NCBI GenBank assembly: GCA_963765495.1
Contig: CAVXWP010000002.1
Span: 128,001-192,000, forward strand
Source: Blastocatellia bacterium
Lineage (GTDB): Bacteria; Acidobacteriota; Blastocatellia; UBA7656
DNA: 64,000 nt
Direction of reading: 5' to 3'
A program made the position numbers and the translations under genes. The notes beneath the pieces are model-generated. The model saw only the letters and a program-made list of their open reading frames with translations, was not told the origin of the DNA and did not search any database. This document shows positions 8,885 to 18,833 of this stretch, piece by piece (within the stretch, counting starts at the first letter, position 1; every line of letters begins with the position of its first letter).

Positions 8885-11800
8885 ATGGGCGATCAAGACG
8901 CGAAAATGAATACAGATACAGATAAAACTGATCTGTTGATCGAGTATCTCTTAAGCAATTTAGCTGAGGAAGAAATGCTACGCATTGAAGAACAATTCTT
9001 TGTTGATGACATTGCGTATGAATCTCTTGAGTGCGCCGAGTATGAGTTGATAGACAGATACGTACAAGGCGAGCTTTCCAAAGAGCAGCAAGAGAAGTTC
9101 GAGCGATTATTTCTTTCCGTACCAGGCCGCCGCAAGAAACTGGAGGTTGCCATAGCTCTGAGCAAGTATGGTTCAACAGACGAAGAAATGGAAACCCGGG
9201 AGAGAACCGATAATAAGGGTAATCCTTTTCTGTTATCCCAGTTATTTTCGAATACTTATCTGAGGTTGGCCGCTTTTGTCGTTATAGGGCTTGGAGTCGG
9301 ATTTGGGACGTGGTATTCGTTCTTTTACAATTCGGGAATAAGTAAAGGGATGGCTGCGCTCGACAGTGCTTATCGTGACGGGCGTCCCGTTGAGTCTCGC
9401 ATATCCGGGTTGAGCTATGCGCCGTGGTCAGCCACAAGAGCCGGAGGTCTGCCCGATGGAGAGCCAACCCATCGCGAGCTTGCCGAACGGCTGTTGCTTG
9501 AGGCCGTGGCGGACCACCCCGACGCCGCATCTCATCACGCGCTCGGGCAGTTATATCTGGCTGAACGACAATTTGATAAAGCCATCGCGCAATTCAACGC
9601 GGCATTACAGTCAGCCCCGTCAAACCCGGGGCTTCAAAGCGATCTCGGAGCGGCGCTGTTTGAAAAGGGCAAAGCGAATAGATCAGGCGATGACTCAAAT
9701 AAGAATGCAGAACTGTTTGCCGAAAGTCTTCAACATCTCAATGAAGCTTTGAAGCTGGATTCCTCGCGACTGGATGCGCTCTATAATCGCGCCCTCCTGC
9801 ATCAGGAGATGAGGTTGCCCGAGCAGGCAAAAGAAGATTGGCAAAAGTATCTTGAGCAGGACTCCACATCGCAATGGACGGAAGAGGCAAGACGCAACCT
9901 GAGAAGAATAGAAGAACAATCGGGCAAAGTCTCTCAGAGTAAGGAGGAGATACTTGGAGCCTTTTTAAAAGCCTACGAGGCCAGAGACGACCGCGCGATG
10001 TGGGAGGTTATAGGTCAGAACAAGGATGTTATTTCAGAAAAGGACGTCTCGTCTCAGTTATTAAATTCATATTTCAATTCTTTGGCCAACAATCAAGAAG
10101 GTGAGGCCGCTCGAACGCTTCAAACATTGGCTTATGTTGGAGAGTTGGAGACCCAAAAAGCGGGTGATCCCTACCTGTCTGGTCTTGCTGAGTTTTACCG
10201 GCAGTCGCCTCGCAGCAAACTTCAGATGATTGCACAGGCTCGCGAACTGATAAGGGTCGGACACGACAACTACTTTCAGGAGAATATGACACAGGCCGTT
10301 GAGGCTTACCGCAAAGCCGGAACGATATTCGGCGATACCGGCGATAGATGGGAAGCTCTGACGGCAGATTACTGGACAGGGTATGCTCTTCTGGAAGACT
10401 CCAAGACACTCCAAAGCCTGCCATATCTATCGCAACTAACCCAAATCTGCGAAAGGGAGAATTACAAGTGGCTGCTTGCTCGTACTCTGCTTTCGCTTTC
10501 GAGCGCGCAATTCAATCTGAATGAATACTCAAAGGCTATCGAATACAATCATCGTTCGTTAAAACTTGCCAGGGAGATAGAGGATTTAATCGGCACATTC
10601 AACGCCTTGAGTGTCTTGATCGAGTATTACCGCTACATCGGCAACTATCAACAATCTCTATATTGCATTCAGCAGAGTCTGCCTCTGTTTGATTCCCCCT
10701 CGTTGAACCCGACGCAAATCTGGCGACACTGCTCGATAATCGCATGGGCATACAACTCCGCAGGGTTTTATGACGCGGCAACGGATTATCAAAAAGAAGT
10801 TCTACTCTACGCCGAGGCAAGGCAGGAGTCTTCGATGATTTGCGTCTCTTATGTGCACCTCGGATTGATATGCGGAAGAAAAGGGGATTACAGCGAGGCG
10901 CTTGCAAACGCCCAACTCGCCTATCAGAGAGCGGGAGAGATTCCGAACAAGGATATAAGCAACCAGATGATGGCCTACGTATCACTGCAAATGGGCCATA
11001 TCTACAGGCAAGGCGGAGATCTCGAAAATGCCCTCTCCAGGTATGACGATTCAATTGAACTATATAAGGCATCTGAATTCTCTACACATCTATATCAAGC
11101 TCATAAGGGCAGGCTTTACTGTTATATCTCAGAAGGTAAGGATCATCTGGTCAAAGAAGAGTTGCAAACAACATTGAATCTCATTGACAAGAATCGTTCA
11201 ACCATACTTGAAGAAGACAATCGAAACAATTTCTTTGACATCGAGCAGAGTGTATACGATCTGGCGATGGATTATCTGTATTCAAAGATGAACGATGCGG
11301 AGGGAGCCTTCGCGCTCTCTGAGGACTCCCGCGCAAGGTCACTGCTCGATTCCATGAATTCTGAGGTAAAGACTTTTGAGGAAGACGGCTCAACAAAGAT
11401 CAGTGTTGAAGCAATTTCTCACTCGCTCGCGCTCACAGACATCCAGCAACATCTGCCTGAACATGCTCAAATACTCCAGTACGCCGTGCTCGGTGACAAG
11501 GTAATAATGTGGGTTGTCACAAGAACCGGCATTCAGACCGTAAAGCAAGATATTATCGAAGAAGAGTTAAATAGAAAGATCGGCAACTTTGTCGGATCAA
11601 TTTCTGCCCCGTCTGATGGCAAAGACCAAGACATCGACGTTGCCGCAAGAGATCTGTATGACATTCTACTCAAACCCGTAGAGCCATTCTTGGACAGAGG
11701 CAAACAACTCTGCATAGTGCCGGACAAGGCTCTCAATACCCTGCCCTTCGACGCGCTCGTTTCTACGAGTTCGGGCAATTATTTGATAGAGGATTACTGT

Positions 11801-12523
11801 CTGGGATGCGCGCCGAGTTCGACCGTCTTTCTTCTATGTTGCGAGCGCGCAGCCGGGAAAGATGCGGCGAAAACCGAAAGGCTGCTTGCGGTAGGCAATC
11901 CGCGCTTTGACCGCAACACTTTCCCCGCGCTACTCGATATATCTTCGGCCCGTAGAGAGGCCGAGGGCATCGCTAAATTTTATGATTCAAAATCGGTCCT
12001 GACCGAGCCTGCCGCCCGAAAAAGGCCGGTTATATCCGAGATGGAAAAAGCCGACATCATTCATTTCGCCCTCCACTGCATCATCAATGAAGAAGCGCCT
12101 ATGCATTCGAAACTGGTGCTGGCGAAAGCCTCCAACGCAGATTCCGATGAGAATGAGGCAGACGGCGTTTTGCAATATTACGAGATATACAAAATAAAGC
12201 TGCCGCAAACACGAATGGTAGTGCTTTCGGCCTGTCAAACGGCGGTCAACCGCTATTACGGCGGTGAAGGGATGCTGAGCATCGCGCGCCCTTTTCTGGT
12301 CTCAGGAGTCCCGCTAGTTGTCGCAAGCCTCTGGAGGGTTGATTCCGTCTCCACGGCAGAATTGATGATCAGATTTCACGAGCACCGCAAGAGAGATAAT
12401 CTCTCATCAGCCGAAGCCCTCAGACGCGCTCAACTCGATATGCTCAAGGGGTCCGAAGAGAGCTACCGTCGTCCCTATTATTGGGCAGCCTTTATCGCAC
12501 TGGGCGGATGGACCAGCTATTAG
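8885..12523 (+). CDS. TPR + CHAT (caspase-like, clan CD) protease with N-terminal anti-sigma-like domain and TM helix
   Basis: N-terminal YLL..L.EEE..IEE..ELIDRYV.GELS domain; hydrophobic LAAFVVIGLGVGFGTWYSFF; TPR helices; CHAT motifs IVPDKALNTLPF, IHFALH, VVLSACQT, VVASLWRV, PYYWAAF. Confidence 0.93.
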   Translation: MGDQDAKMNTDTDKTDLLIEYLLSNLAEEEMLRIEEQFFVDDIAYESLECAEYELIDRYVQGELSKEQQEKFERLFLSVPGRRKKLEVAIALSKYGSTDEEMETRERTDNKGNPFLLSQLFSNTYLRLAAFVVIGLGVGFGTWYSFFYNSGISKGMAALDSAYRDGRPVESRISGLSYAPWSATRAGGLPDGEPTHRELAERLLLEAVADHPDAASHHALGQLYLAERQFDKAIAQFNAALQSAPSNPGLQSDLGAALFEKGKANRSGDDSNKNAELFAESLQHLNEALKLDSSRLDALYNRALLHQEMRLPEQAKEDWQKYLEQDSTSQWTEEARRNLRRIEEQSGKVSQSKEEILGAFLKAYEARDDRAMWEVIGQNKDVISEKDVSSQLLNSYFNSLANNQEGEAARTLQTLAYVGELETQKAGDPYLSGLAEFYRQSPRSKLQMIAQARELIRVGHDNYFQENMTQAVEAYRKAGTIFGDTGDRWEALTADYWTGYALLEDSKTLQSLPYLSQLTQICERENYKWLLARTLLSLSSAQFNLNEYSKAIEYNHRSLKLAREIEDLIGTFNALSVLIEYYRYIGNYQQSLYCIQQSLPLFDSPSLNPTQIWRHCSIIAWAYNSAGFYDAATDYQKEVLLYAEARQESSMICVSYVHLGLICGRKGDYSEALANAQLAYQRAGEIPNKDISNQMMAYVSLQMGHIYRQGGDLENALSRYDDSIELYKASEFSTHLYQAHKGRLYCYISEGKDHLVKEELQTTLNLIDKNRSTILEEDNRNNFFDIEQSVYDLAMDYLYSKMNDAEGAFALSEDSRARSLLDSMNSEVKTFEEDGSTKISVEAISHSLALTDIQQHLPEHAQILQYAVLGDKVIMWVVTRTGIQTVKQDIIEEELNRKIGNFVGSISAPSDGKDQDIDVAARDLYDILLKPVEPFLDRGKQLCIVPDKALNTLPFDALVSTSSGNYLIEDYCLGCAPSSTVFLLCCERAAGKDAAKTERLLAVGNPRFDRNTFPALLDISSARREAEGIAKFYDSKSVLTEPAARKRPVISEMEKADIIHFALHCIINEEAPMHSKLVLAKASNADSDENEADGVLQYYEIYKIKLPQTRMVVLSACQTAVNRYYGGEGMLSIARPFLVSGVPLVVASLWRVDSVSTAELMIRFHEHRKRDNLSSAEALRRAQLDMLKGSEESYRRPYYWAAFIALGGWTSY

Positions 12524-12595
12524 AGTGGATTGGCGTGCTGACCTGCTAATCCCAACTATTGGAGTTCAATTTATCGCTGAAAGGAGAAGACTAAA

Positions 12596-13558
12596 ATGAC
12601 AGCACATGTGATAGTAAAATTTGAAGGCCTTATGGTGTTTCACCGATGTCGGAGCACCAACCTTTATGAAGTTGGGATTTTGCAAAATGCTACTGGCCAC
12701 AAGCTAAGTATCTCTTACGCCCAATCAGGAGAATCAAATACAACCATTCCAGACTGGCGAATAGCCCAATTAAAGGGCGTTAATAAACACTGGGAACTTG
12801 ACTTGATAGACACGGAGACATCAACGCCCAGACGTGAACCGCATATACCTACGGGGTCACACCAGAATAGGCACGATTTAATGCCCGATGGCCGTCAATT
12901 CGATTTTAGCTGGATCATTGATCTTGAGAGTGAAGAATTCCACGGCCCAATCATGCATCCTATCAATATCAACGCGCTTAATCCGATTCTGCATCTGGGT
13001 AACGGCACGCTATCAACGCATTCCAAGACTGTTAGGCTGGACCGAAGAAGAGGGGCTAAATCTTATGAGAGATTTGGGTTTATAGCTGAAACAATAGCTC
13101 TATGCCTTGAATTTCGGGAGGGTGAAAAGGTTGTATTGAAGGTAAAAGATTCCGATGAAGAGGTTTTCCATTTAGAACATAGCCCCGGAGCCACTTATAG
13201 GGTGAACATTGTAAATTCATCAGGGCCTGCACATCCAGGGGACCCCGATCACTTCCAACTCTATTATGAGCATTTGTTTCCTAATATTGTCGAGAGGTTT
13301 GGGCTAAGGCTTCACACACCTCGTACTGAAGACGATTATCCACCCAACCCCTGTTTGGCACCGGGATTGACATGCATCCCTGCGACGGAGGAGCCTGAAA
13401 TGAAGGTAAGTCACGAACACAATGGTGAGAAACATACGGGGGAGGAAAACCACCACCATGTTATCGTTGAATCAACCGTCGCTGGTATTAATCTTACTGT
13501 AAACCCTTTCAGGTGTGGGGGTGTCGCCCTCGGCAACCGGCAAAACGATTTGCCGTGA
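12596..13558 (+). CDS. Hypothetical protein encoded downstream of the CHAT protease
   Basis: Strong AAAGGAG RBS; 320 aa; no recognisable family. Confidence 0.8.
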   Translation: MTAHVIVKFEGLMVFHRCRSTNLYEVGILQNATGHKLSISYAQSGESNTTIPDWRIAQLKGVNKHWELDLIDTETSTPRREPHIPTGSHQNRHDLMPDGRQFDFSWIIDLESEEFHGPIMHPININALNPILHLGNGTLSTHSKTVRLDRRRGAKSYERFGFIAETIALCLEFREGEKVVLKVKDSDEEVFHLEHSPGATYRVNIVNSSGPAHPGDPDHFQLYYEHLFPNIVERFGLRLHTPRTEDDYPPNPCLAPGLTCIPATEEPEMKVSHEHNGEKHTGEENHHHVIVESTVAGINLTVNPFRCGGVALGNRQNDLP

Positions 13559-13636
13559 ACTTGCTCCCATTGAAGACAGCGTCCTTCAGTTTTTGACCTG
13601 ATAGCAAAAGAGAGTGATAGTTATAAAGTTTGATTT

Positions 13637-13765
13637 GAAGAAAAAGCGAGTTGGAGTAAGCCACGGATGCGACAGATTTTCACAGATTAAATCATATAAG
13701 GTCTGATCTGCGAAAATCCATCGCATCCGCGTTCATCCGTGGCCTATTCCAACTCGCCTTTCTTC
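13637..13765. repeat. Palindromic intergenic repeat element (CCACGGATG...CATCCGTGG family)
   Basis: Arms GCGAGTTGGA..GCCACGGATG and CATCCGTGGC..TCCAACTCGC are reverse complements; homologous copy at 58282-58362. Confidence 0.85.
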
Positions 13766-13833
13766 CATATACCGCTTCATCAATATTCGCAGGCCTATTC
13801 GGACATTAAAACCCGCCTCGAAGCCGATTCGAT

Positions 13834-13862
13834 TTGACGCTCGCTCGGATCATTAGTATGCT
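13834..13862 (+). promoter_or_regulatory. Putative sigma70 promoter of the cox operon
   Basis: TTGACG-N17-TATGCT about 215 nt upstream of the coxM ATG. Confidence 0.6.
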
Positions 13863-14076
13863 ACGTTTCGTTGGGATTTTGGCTTTGTATCGGACAGTTC
13901 ATGACCGATATAACAGCCGGTTTTTAGGGGAAACAGGTCTAATAACCGCTTTTGTCTTGATTAGAGATTATTAGAGAAACCGACGGCCTTCGACCGGGGA
14001 TTCCGAAAACCCTTCGGTCACTACACAGGCATCGCACGCTCCACTCCGTATTGCGTTGCCGGGAGGAAAGCCCCCT

Positions 14077-14952
14077 ATGATTCCGCGTAGCTTTGAATAC
14101 TATGCGCCCGCCTCTCTCGATGAAACCATCTCGCTCCTTCAAAAGCTGGGGCCGGAGGCAAAGATACTCTCCGGCGGGCAAAGTCTGATACCGATGATGA
14201 AACTGAGGCTCGCTTCGCCTCAGTATATCGTTGACATCAATCGCTTACCTGATCTGAATTACATCTCAAACTCAGACGGCAATCTGAGAATCGGCGCGCT
14301 CGCGCGTGAGAGCGATCTCGAAGTCTCGCCCTTGATAAGATCCGGCTTCCCGCTGATTGCCGACACTACCGCGGTCATCGCCGATCCTCTTGTGCGGAAT
14401 CAGGCTACCGTATGCGGCAATCTGGCGCATGCCGACCCGGCAAACGATCATCCGGCTACGATGCTCGCGCTCGAAGCGACGATGGTCTTGCACGGGCCGG
14501 GTGGCGAGCGCACGGTGCCTATCGAGAGCTTCTTTACAGGGATGTTCTCTACCGCGCTTGAGCCCGACGAGATACTAAAGGAGATAAGGGTTCCGACCCC
14601 TCCTCCGATGAGCGGCGGAGCCTACCTCAAGCTTGAAAGAAAAGTCGGCGACTACGCTACGGCCGGCGTAGCCGTTCAGATAACGCTTGATGAGTCGGGC
14701 ACATGCACTCGGGCCGGGGTCGGTCTTACAAACGTCAGCTTCACTCCGCTCAAGGCGAAATCGGTAGAGGCTTTCCTCGTAGGCCGGATGCTCGACGACG
14801 CCACGATCAAACAGGCGTCAGAGCTTGCGGCCGAGGAATCGCAGCCTTTTGATGACATAAGGGGTTCGGCAGATTACAAGCGGGACATCGTTCGCGTTCT
14901 GACTGTGAGGGCATTGAACCGGGCGCTTGAGCGCGCGAAAGGAGGAGCCTGA
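14077..14952 (+). CDS. coxM: Aerobic CO dehydrogenase FAD subunit
   Basis: GGAGG RBS; SGGQSLIPMMKLR, VRNQATVCGNLAHADPANDHP, KLERKVGDYA. Confidence 0.95.
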   Translation: MIPRSFEYYAPASLDETISLLQKLGPEAKILSGGQSLIPMMKLRLASPQYIVDINRLPDLNYISNSDGNLRIGALARESDLEVSPLIRSGFPLIADTTAVIADPLVRNQATVCGNLAHADPANDHPATMLALEATMVLHGPGGERTVPIESFFTGMFSTALEPDEILKEIRVPTPPPMSGGAYLKLERKVGDYATAGVAVQITLDESGTCTRAGVGLTNVSFTPLKAKSVEAFLVGRMLDDATIKQASELAAEESQPFDDIRGSADYKRDIVRVLTVRALNRALERAKGGA

Positions 14953-14955
14953 GCA

Positions 14956-15438
14956 ATGGCAAAAATCGGCATAAACGTAAAGGTCAACGGCGAGGAGCAT
15001 TCGGCGGAAGTCGAGCCGCGAATGCTGCTGGTCCACTTCATCCGCGAAGTTCTTCGCCTCACCGGAACCCACATAGGCTGCGACACCAGCCACTGCGGAG
15101 CCTGCACGGTCGTCGTTGACGGCAGGGCCGTAAAGTCCTGCACCATGTTTGCCGTACAGGCCAACGGGCGCGAACTGCTCACGGTCGAAGGGCTCGAACA
15201 GGACGGCAAGCTCCACGCTTTACAGGAAGGCTTCTTCCAGGAACACGGCCTACAGTGCGGCTACTGCACGCCCGGCATGCTTATGACGGGATATGTTTTT
15301 CTCAAGGGCAACGCGAACCCGACCGAAGACGAGATTCGTCACGCTATATCAGGCAATCTGTGCCGATGCACTGGCTATGTAAATATCGTCAAGGCTTATG
15401 AATATGCCGCGGCAAAGCTCGCCGAAGGAGGTGCATAA
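14956..15438 (+). CDS. coxS: Aerobic CO dehydrogenase 2Fe-2S subunit
   Basis: [22 protein letters not shown] and NLCRCTGY. Confidence 0.96.
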   Translation: MAKIGINVKVNGEEHSAEVEPRMLLVHFIREVLRLTGTHIGCDTSHCGACTVVVDGRAVKSCTMFAVQANGRELLTVEGLEQDGKLHALQEGFFQEHGLQCGYCTPGMLMTGYVFLKGNANPTEDEIRHAISGNLCRCTGYVNIVKAYEYAAAKLAEGGA

Positions 15439-15439
15439 G

Positions 15440-17806
15440 ATGACGCTAAAAACACCACCGGAAATCGGAGGCATGGGCCACTCGGTCAAGAGAAAGGAAG
15501 ACCCCCGCTTTATTCGCGGCAAAGGGACATACGTGGACGACATTGTGCTGCCCGACATGCTCTATCTGAGCATCGTTCGCAGCCCCTATGCTCACGCTAG
15601 GATCAAGAACATCGACACTTCGAAGGCGCTCGCGATCCCCGGAGTGCTCGCGGTCATTACGGGCAAGGACCTTGAAAAATATAACCTCCACTGGATGCCC
15701 ACGCTGATGTCGGATACTCAGATGGTCTTGCCCGTAGAGAAAGTTATGTATCAGGCACAGGAGGTCGCGGCCGTGCTTGCCACAGATCGCTACATCGCGG
15801 CCGATGGAAGGGATGCTGTCGAAATTGATTATGACCCTCTGCCCGTAGTGGTCGATCCGAAGAAGGCATTGCTTCCCGACGCGCCCGTACTCAGAACCGA
15901 CAAGCCCGATAAAAAAGACAATCACATCTGGCACTGGGAATGGGGCGACCGCGAAGCGACCGACAAGATGTTCGAAGAAGCCGAGGTCACTGTAAAGGAA
16001 GATATTTACATCCCGCGTATTCACGTCTCATCGATTGAGACCTGCGGCTGCGTGGCCTCTTTCAACAAGATAAGTGGAAAGCTTACCGTGTGGATGACCA
16101 CGCAAGCGCCGCACGCGATACGAACCGTATTTGCGCTTGTCGCCGGTCACGTAGGGCTTGCCGAACACAAGATTCAAATCATCTCGCCCGACATCGGCGG
16201 CGGGTTCGGAGGCAAAGTCCCGGTCTATCCCGGTTATGTGATCGCGGTCGCGGCTTCGGTGCTCACGGGCAAGCCCGTCAAGTGGATCGAAGACCGCATG
16301 GAGAACCTTCAGGCCGATTCATTTGCGCGCGATTATCACATCACGGCGGAACTGGCCGGGAAAAAGGACGGAGAGCTTACGGCCCTGCGCATCAAGACCA
16401 TAGCCGATCACGGCTACACCGATGCCGCCGCGAATCCCTCAAAGTTCCCTGCCGGTCTGTTTCACATCTGTACGGGGTCATATGATCTGAAGGCCGCGCA
16501 CGTCGAAGTCGATGCCGCCTACACAAACAAACCGCCGGGAGGGATCGCTTATCGCTGCTCGTTCCGCGTGACCGAAGCCGTACACACAATCGAGCGCATG
16601 ACCGATCTGTTCGCTCACGAAATTGAGATGGACCCGGCTGAGCTTCGACTCAAGAATTTCATCCAGCCCGAGCGTTTCCCCTACAAATCGGCGCTTGGCT
16701 GGGAGTATGACAGCGGCAATTATGCAGCCGCGCTGCACAAGGCTATGGAGAAGATAGGCTATGCCGATTTGCGAAAGGAGCAGATCGAGCGCCGCGCTCG
16801 CGGAGAGCTTATGGGGATCGGCATAAGCTCTTTTACCGAGATAGTCGGGGCAGGCCCGTCAAAGCACTTCGACATCCTTGGTCTGAAGATGTTCGACAGC
16901 GCCGAAATCCGCATACACCCCACGGGCAAGGCGATAGCGCGATTCGGGACCAAATCTCAAGGGCAGGGACACGAGACGACCTACGCGCAAATTCTCGCTG
17001 AAGAACTCGGCATCCCGGTTGACGACATAGTAGTTGAGGAAGGCGATACCGACACGGCACCATACGGGCTTGGCACATACGCCAGTCGCAGCACGCCGGT
17101 CGCGGGCGCGGCGGCAGCCGTAGCCGCTCGCAAAATAAGAGACAAGGCAAAGAAGATAGCCGCCTATCTGCTCGAAGCCAGCGAAGATGATCTTGAGTGG
17201 GAGCCGGGCAGATTCTTTGTAAAGGGCTCGCCTGATCGCGCAAGCACGATTCAGGAGATCGCGCTCGCCGCCTACACGAATCATCCTCAAGGAATGGAGG
17301 CCGGTCTTGAGGCCGTTTCCTATTACGACCCGCCGAATCTCACTTTTCCGTTTGGCAGCTATATCTGCGTAGTCGATATTGACAATGGAACGGGCGAAGT
17401 AAAGATACGCCGTTTCGTAGCCGTAGACGACTGCGGCAACATCATCAACCCGATGATAGTCGAAGGCCAGATACACGGCGGGTTGACTATGGGGCTCGGA
17501 CCGGCGCTCTACGAAGAGATTCAGTACGACGACAGCGGAAATATTCTGCAAGGCAGTTTCATGAATTATCTGTTGCCCACGGCGGTCGAAACGCCAAACT
17601 GGGAGACAGATAAGACCTGCACGCCTTCGCCTCACCATCCGCTTGGCGCAAAAGGCGTGGGAGAGTCTGCCACCGTAGGCGCGCCTGCCGCGATAGTCAA
17701 CGCCGTGGTGGATGCGCTCTGGCATCTTGGCGTCAGGCACATTGACATTCCGATCACTCCGCCAAAGGTCTGGAAGCTTTTGCGAGAAGCGGGAGTAAGG
17801 GAGTAG
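15440..17806 (+). CDS. coxL: Form I aerobic [MoCu] CO dehydrogenase large subunit
   Basis: Active-site motif AYRCSFR (form I AYxCSFR); M-S-L gene order; AAGGAGG RBS. Confidence 0.97.
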   Translation: MTLKTPPEIGGMGHSVKRKEDPRFIRGKGTYVDDIVLPDMLYLSIVRSPYAHARIKNIDTSKALAIPGVLAVITGKDLEKYNLHWMPTLMSDTQMVLPVEKVMYQAQEVAAVLATDRYIAADGRDAVEIDYDPLPVVVDPKKALLPDAPVLRTDKPDKKDNHIWHWEWGDREATDKMFEEAEVTVKEDIYIPRIHVSSIETCGCVASFNKISGKLTVWMTTQAPHAIRTVFALVAGHVGLAEHKIQIISPDIGGGFGGKVPVYPGYVIAVAASVLTGKPVKWIEDRMENLQADSFARDYHITAELAGKKDGELTALRIKTIADHGYTDAAANPSKFPAGLFHICTGSYDLKAAHVEVDAAYTNKPPGGIAYRCSFRVTEAVHTIERMTDLFAHEIEMDPAELRLKNFIQPERFPYKSALGWEYDSGNYAAALHKAMEKIGYADLRKEQIERRARGELMGIGISSFTEIVGAGPSKHFDILGLKMFDSAEIRIHPTGKAIARFGTKSQGQGHETTYAQILAEELGIPVDDIVVEEGDTDTAPYGLGTYASRSTPVAGAAAAVAARKIRDKAKKIAAYLLEASEDDLEWEPGRFFVKGSPDRASTIQEIALAAYTNHPQGMEAGLEAVSYYDPPNLTFPFGSYICVVDIDNGTGEVKIRRFVAVDDCGNIINPMIVEGQIHGGLTMGLGPALYEEIQYDDSGNILQGSFMNYLLPTAVETPNWETDKTCTPSPHHPLGAKGVGESATVGAPAAIVNAVVDALWHLGVRHIDIPITPPKVWKLLREAGVRE

Positions 17807-17813
17807 TTCGCCC

Positions 17814-18833
17814 ATGTGGAGTGATGCTATCGAGCAGGCCGGTCGGTTGCGCGAAAAAGAAGAGCCTTTCGTAATCGCCACCGTGGTGGCATTCAAGAGC
17901 CCGCAGTCGGCCCGGCCCGGCTCAAAGGCTATAATAAAACCCGACGGCTCGATAACCGGCTGGATCGGCGGCGGGTGTGTTCAACCCATAGTAATTCGCG
18001 AGGCGCTCAAGGCGCTTAAAACAGCCCGGCCAAAACTCGTGAGCATAAGTCCCGAAGATGCGCGCGAAGATTGGAAGGGGGTCGAGTCTTTCCAGATGAC
18101 CTGTCAGGGCGGCGGCTCGCTTGAAATATTTCTCGAGCCGGTGCTTCCAAAACCCCAGCTTGTAATCATAGGCCGCTCGCCTATGGCGCAGATTCTTTCC
18201 GGGCTTGGCCGCCTGCTCGACTTCAAAGTCTGTGTAGCAGACCCCGAGGCTTCACCCGAAGAGTTCACCGACGCACACATCGTCCTGACCGACCTTGTCG
18301 AGGCGCGGGGCCGTATAGATTCGCAGAGCTACGTCGTGGTTGCAACCATGGGAAACGGCGACGAAGAAGGTCTCGAAGCGGTCGCCCCGACAAACCCTGC
18401 TTATCTGGGACTGGTCGCAAGCAAAGAGAAGGCAAAATCGCTCTTTCAATATATCGGCGAGAAGGGGATTCCGCGTGAATCTCTCGACCGCATAAAGTGC
18501 CCTGCCGGGCTTGAGCTTGGAGCCGAAACACTGCCCGAAATCGCGCTCAGTGTTATGGCTGAAATCACACGGCTGCGGAGACAGGCGACAGCGCCTCCGG
18601 TTGAAGCGCCAAAAGCCTCAAAAGGCACGGCGCTGCCGATCATGCAAAAGGGCACGCAGGCGGAATCCGCAGATGAGAGTATTGACCCCGTGTGCGGGAT
18701 GAGTGTGGCGAGGGCGAACGCAAGATACACGGCTGAATTTCAAAATGAGATGTTTTATTTCTGCTGCCTTCGGTGCAAAGAGAGTTTTGAGAAATCTCCC
18801 GCATCATATCTCGAAACCACAGGCAAGCTATGA
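17814..18833 (+). CDS. XdhC/CoxI-family protein fused to a C-terminal YHS domain
   Basis: GWIGGGCV, MTCQGGGSLEIFLEP, PAGLELGAETLPEIALS; C-terminal DPVCGMSV..FYFCCLRCKESF. Confidence 0.9.
   Translation: MWSDAIEQAGRLREKEEPFVIATVVAFKSPQSARPGSKAIIKPDGSITGWIGGGCVQPIVIREALKALKTARPKLVSISPEDAREDWKGVESFQMTCQGGGSLEIFLEPVLPKPQLVIIGRSPMAQILSGLGRLLDFKVCVADPEASPEEFTDAHIVLTDLVEARGRIDSQSYVVVATMGNGDEEGLEAVAPTNPAYLGLVASKEKAKSLFQYIGEKGIPRESLDRIKCPAGLELGAETLPEIALSVMAEITRLRRQATAPPVEAPKASKGTALPIMQKGTQAESADESIDPVCGMSVARANARYTAEFQNEMFYFCCLRCKESFEKSPASYLETTGKL

Noticed and set aside
12596-13558. CHAT partner as a gasdermin or Csx30 homolog
   Set aside because: No recognisable similarity by eye and no CRISPR context; left as unknown pending a structure search.
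13863-14076. Moco riboswitch in the cox leader
   Set aside because: Hairpins are present but I cannot match the Moco RNA consensus; it needs a covariance-model scan.
16859-17896. 345-aa minus-strand ORF
   Set aside because: Antisense shadow of coxL.
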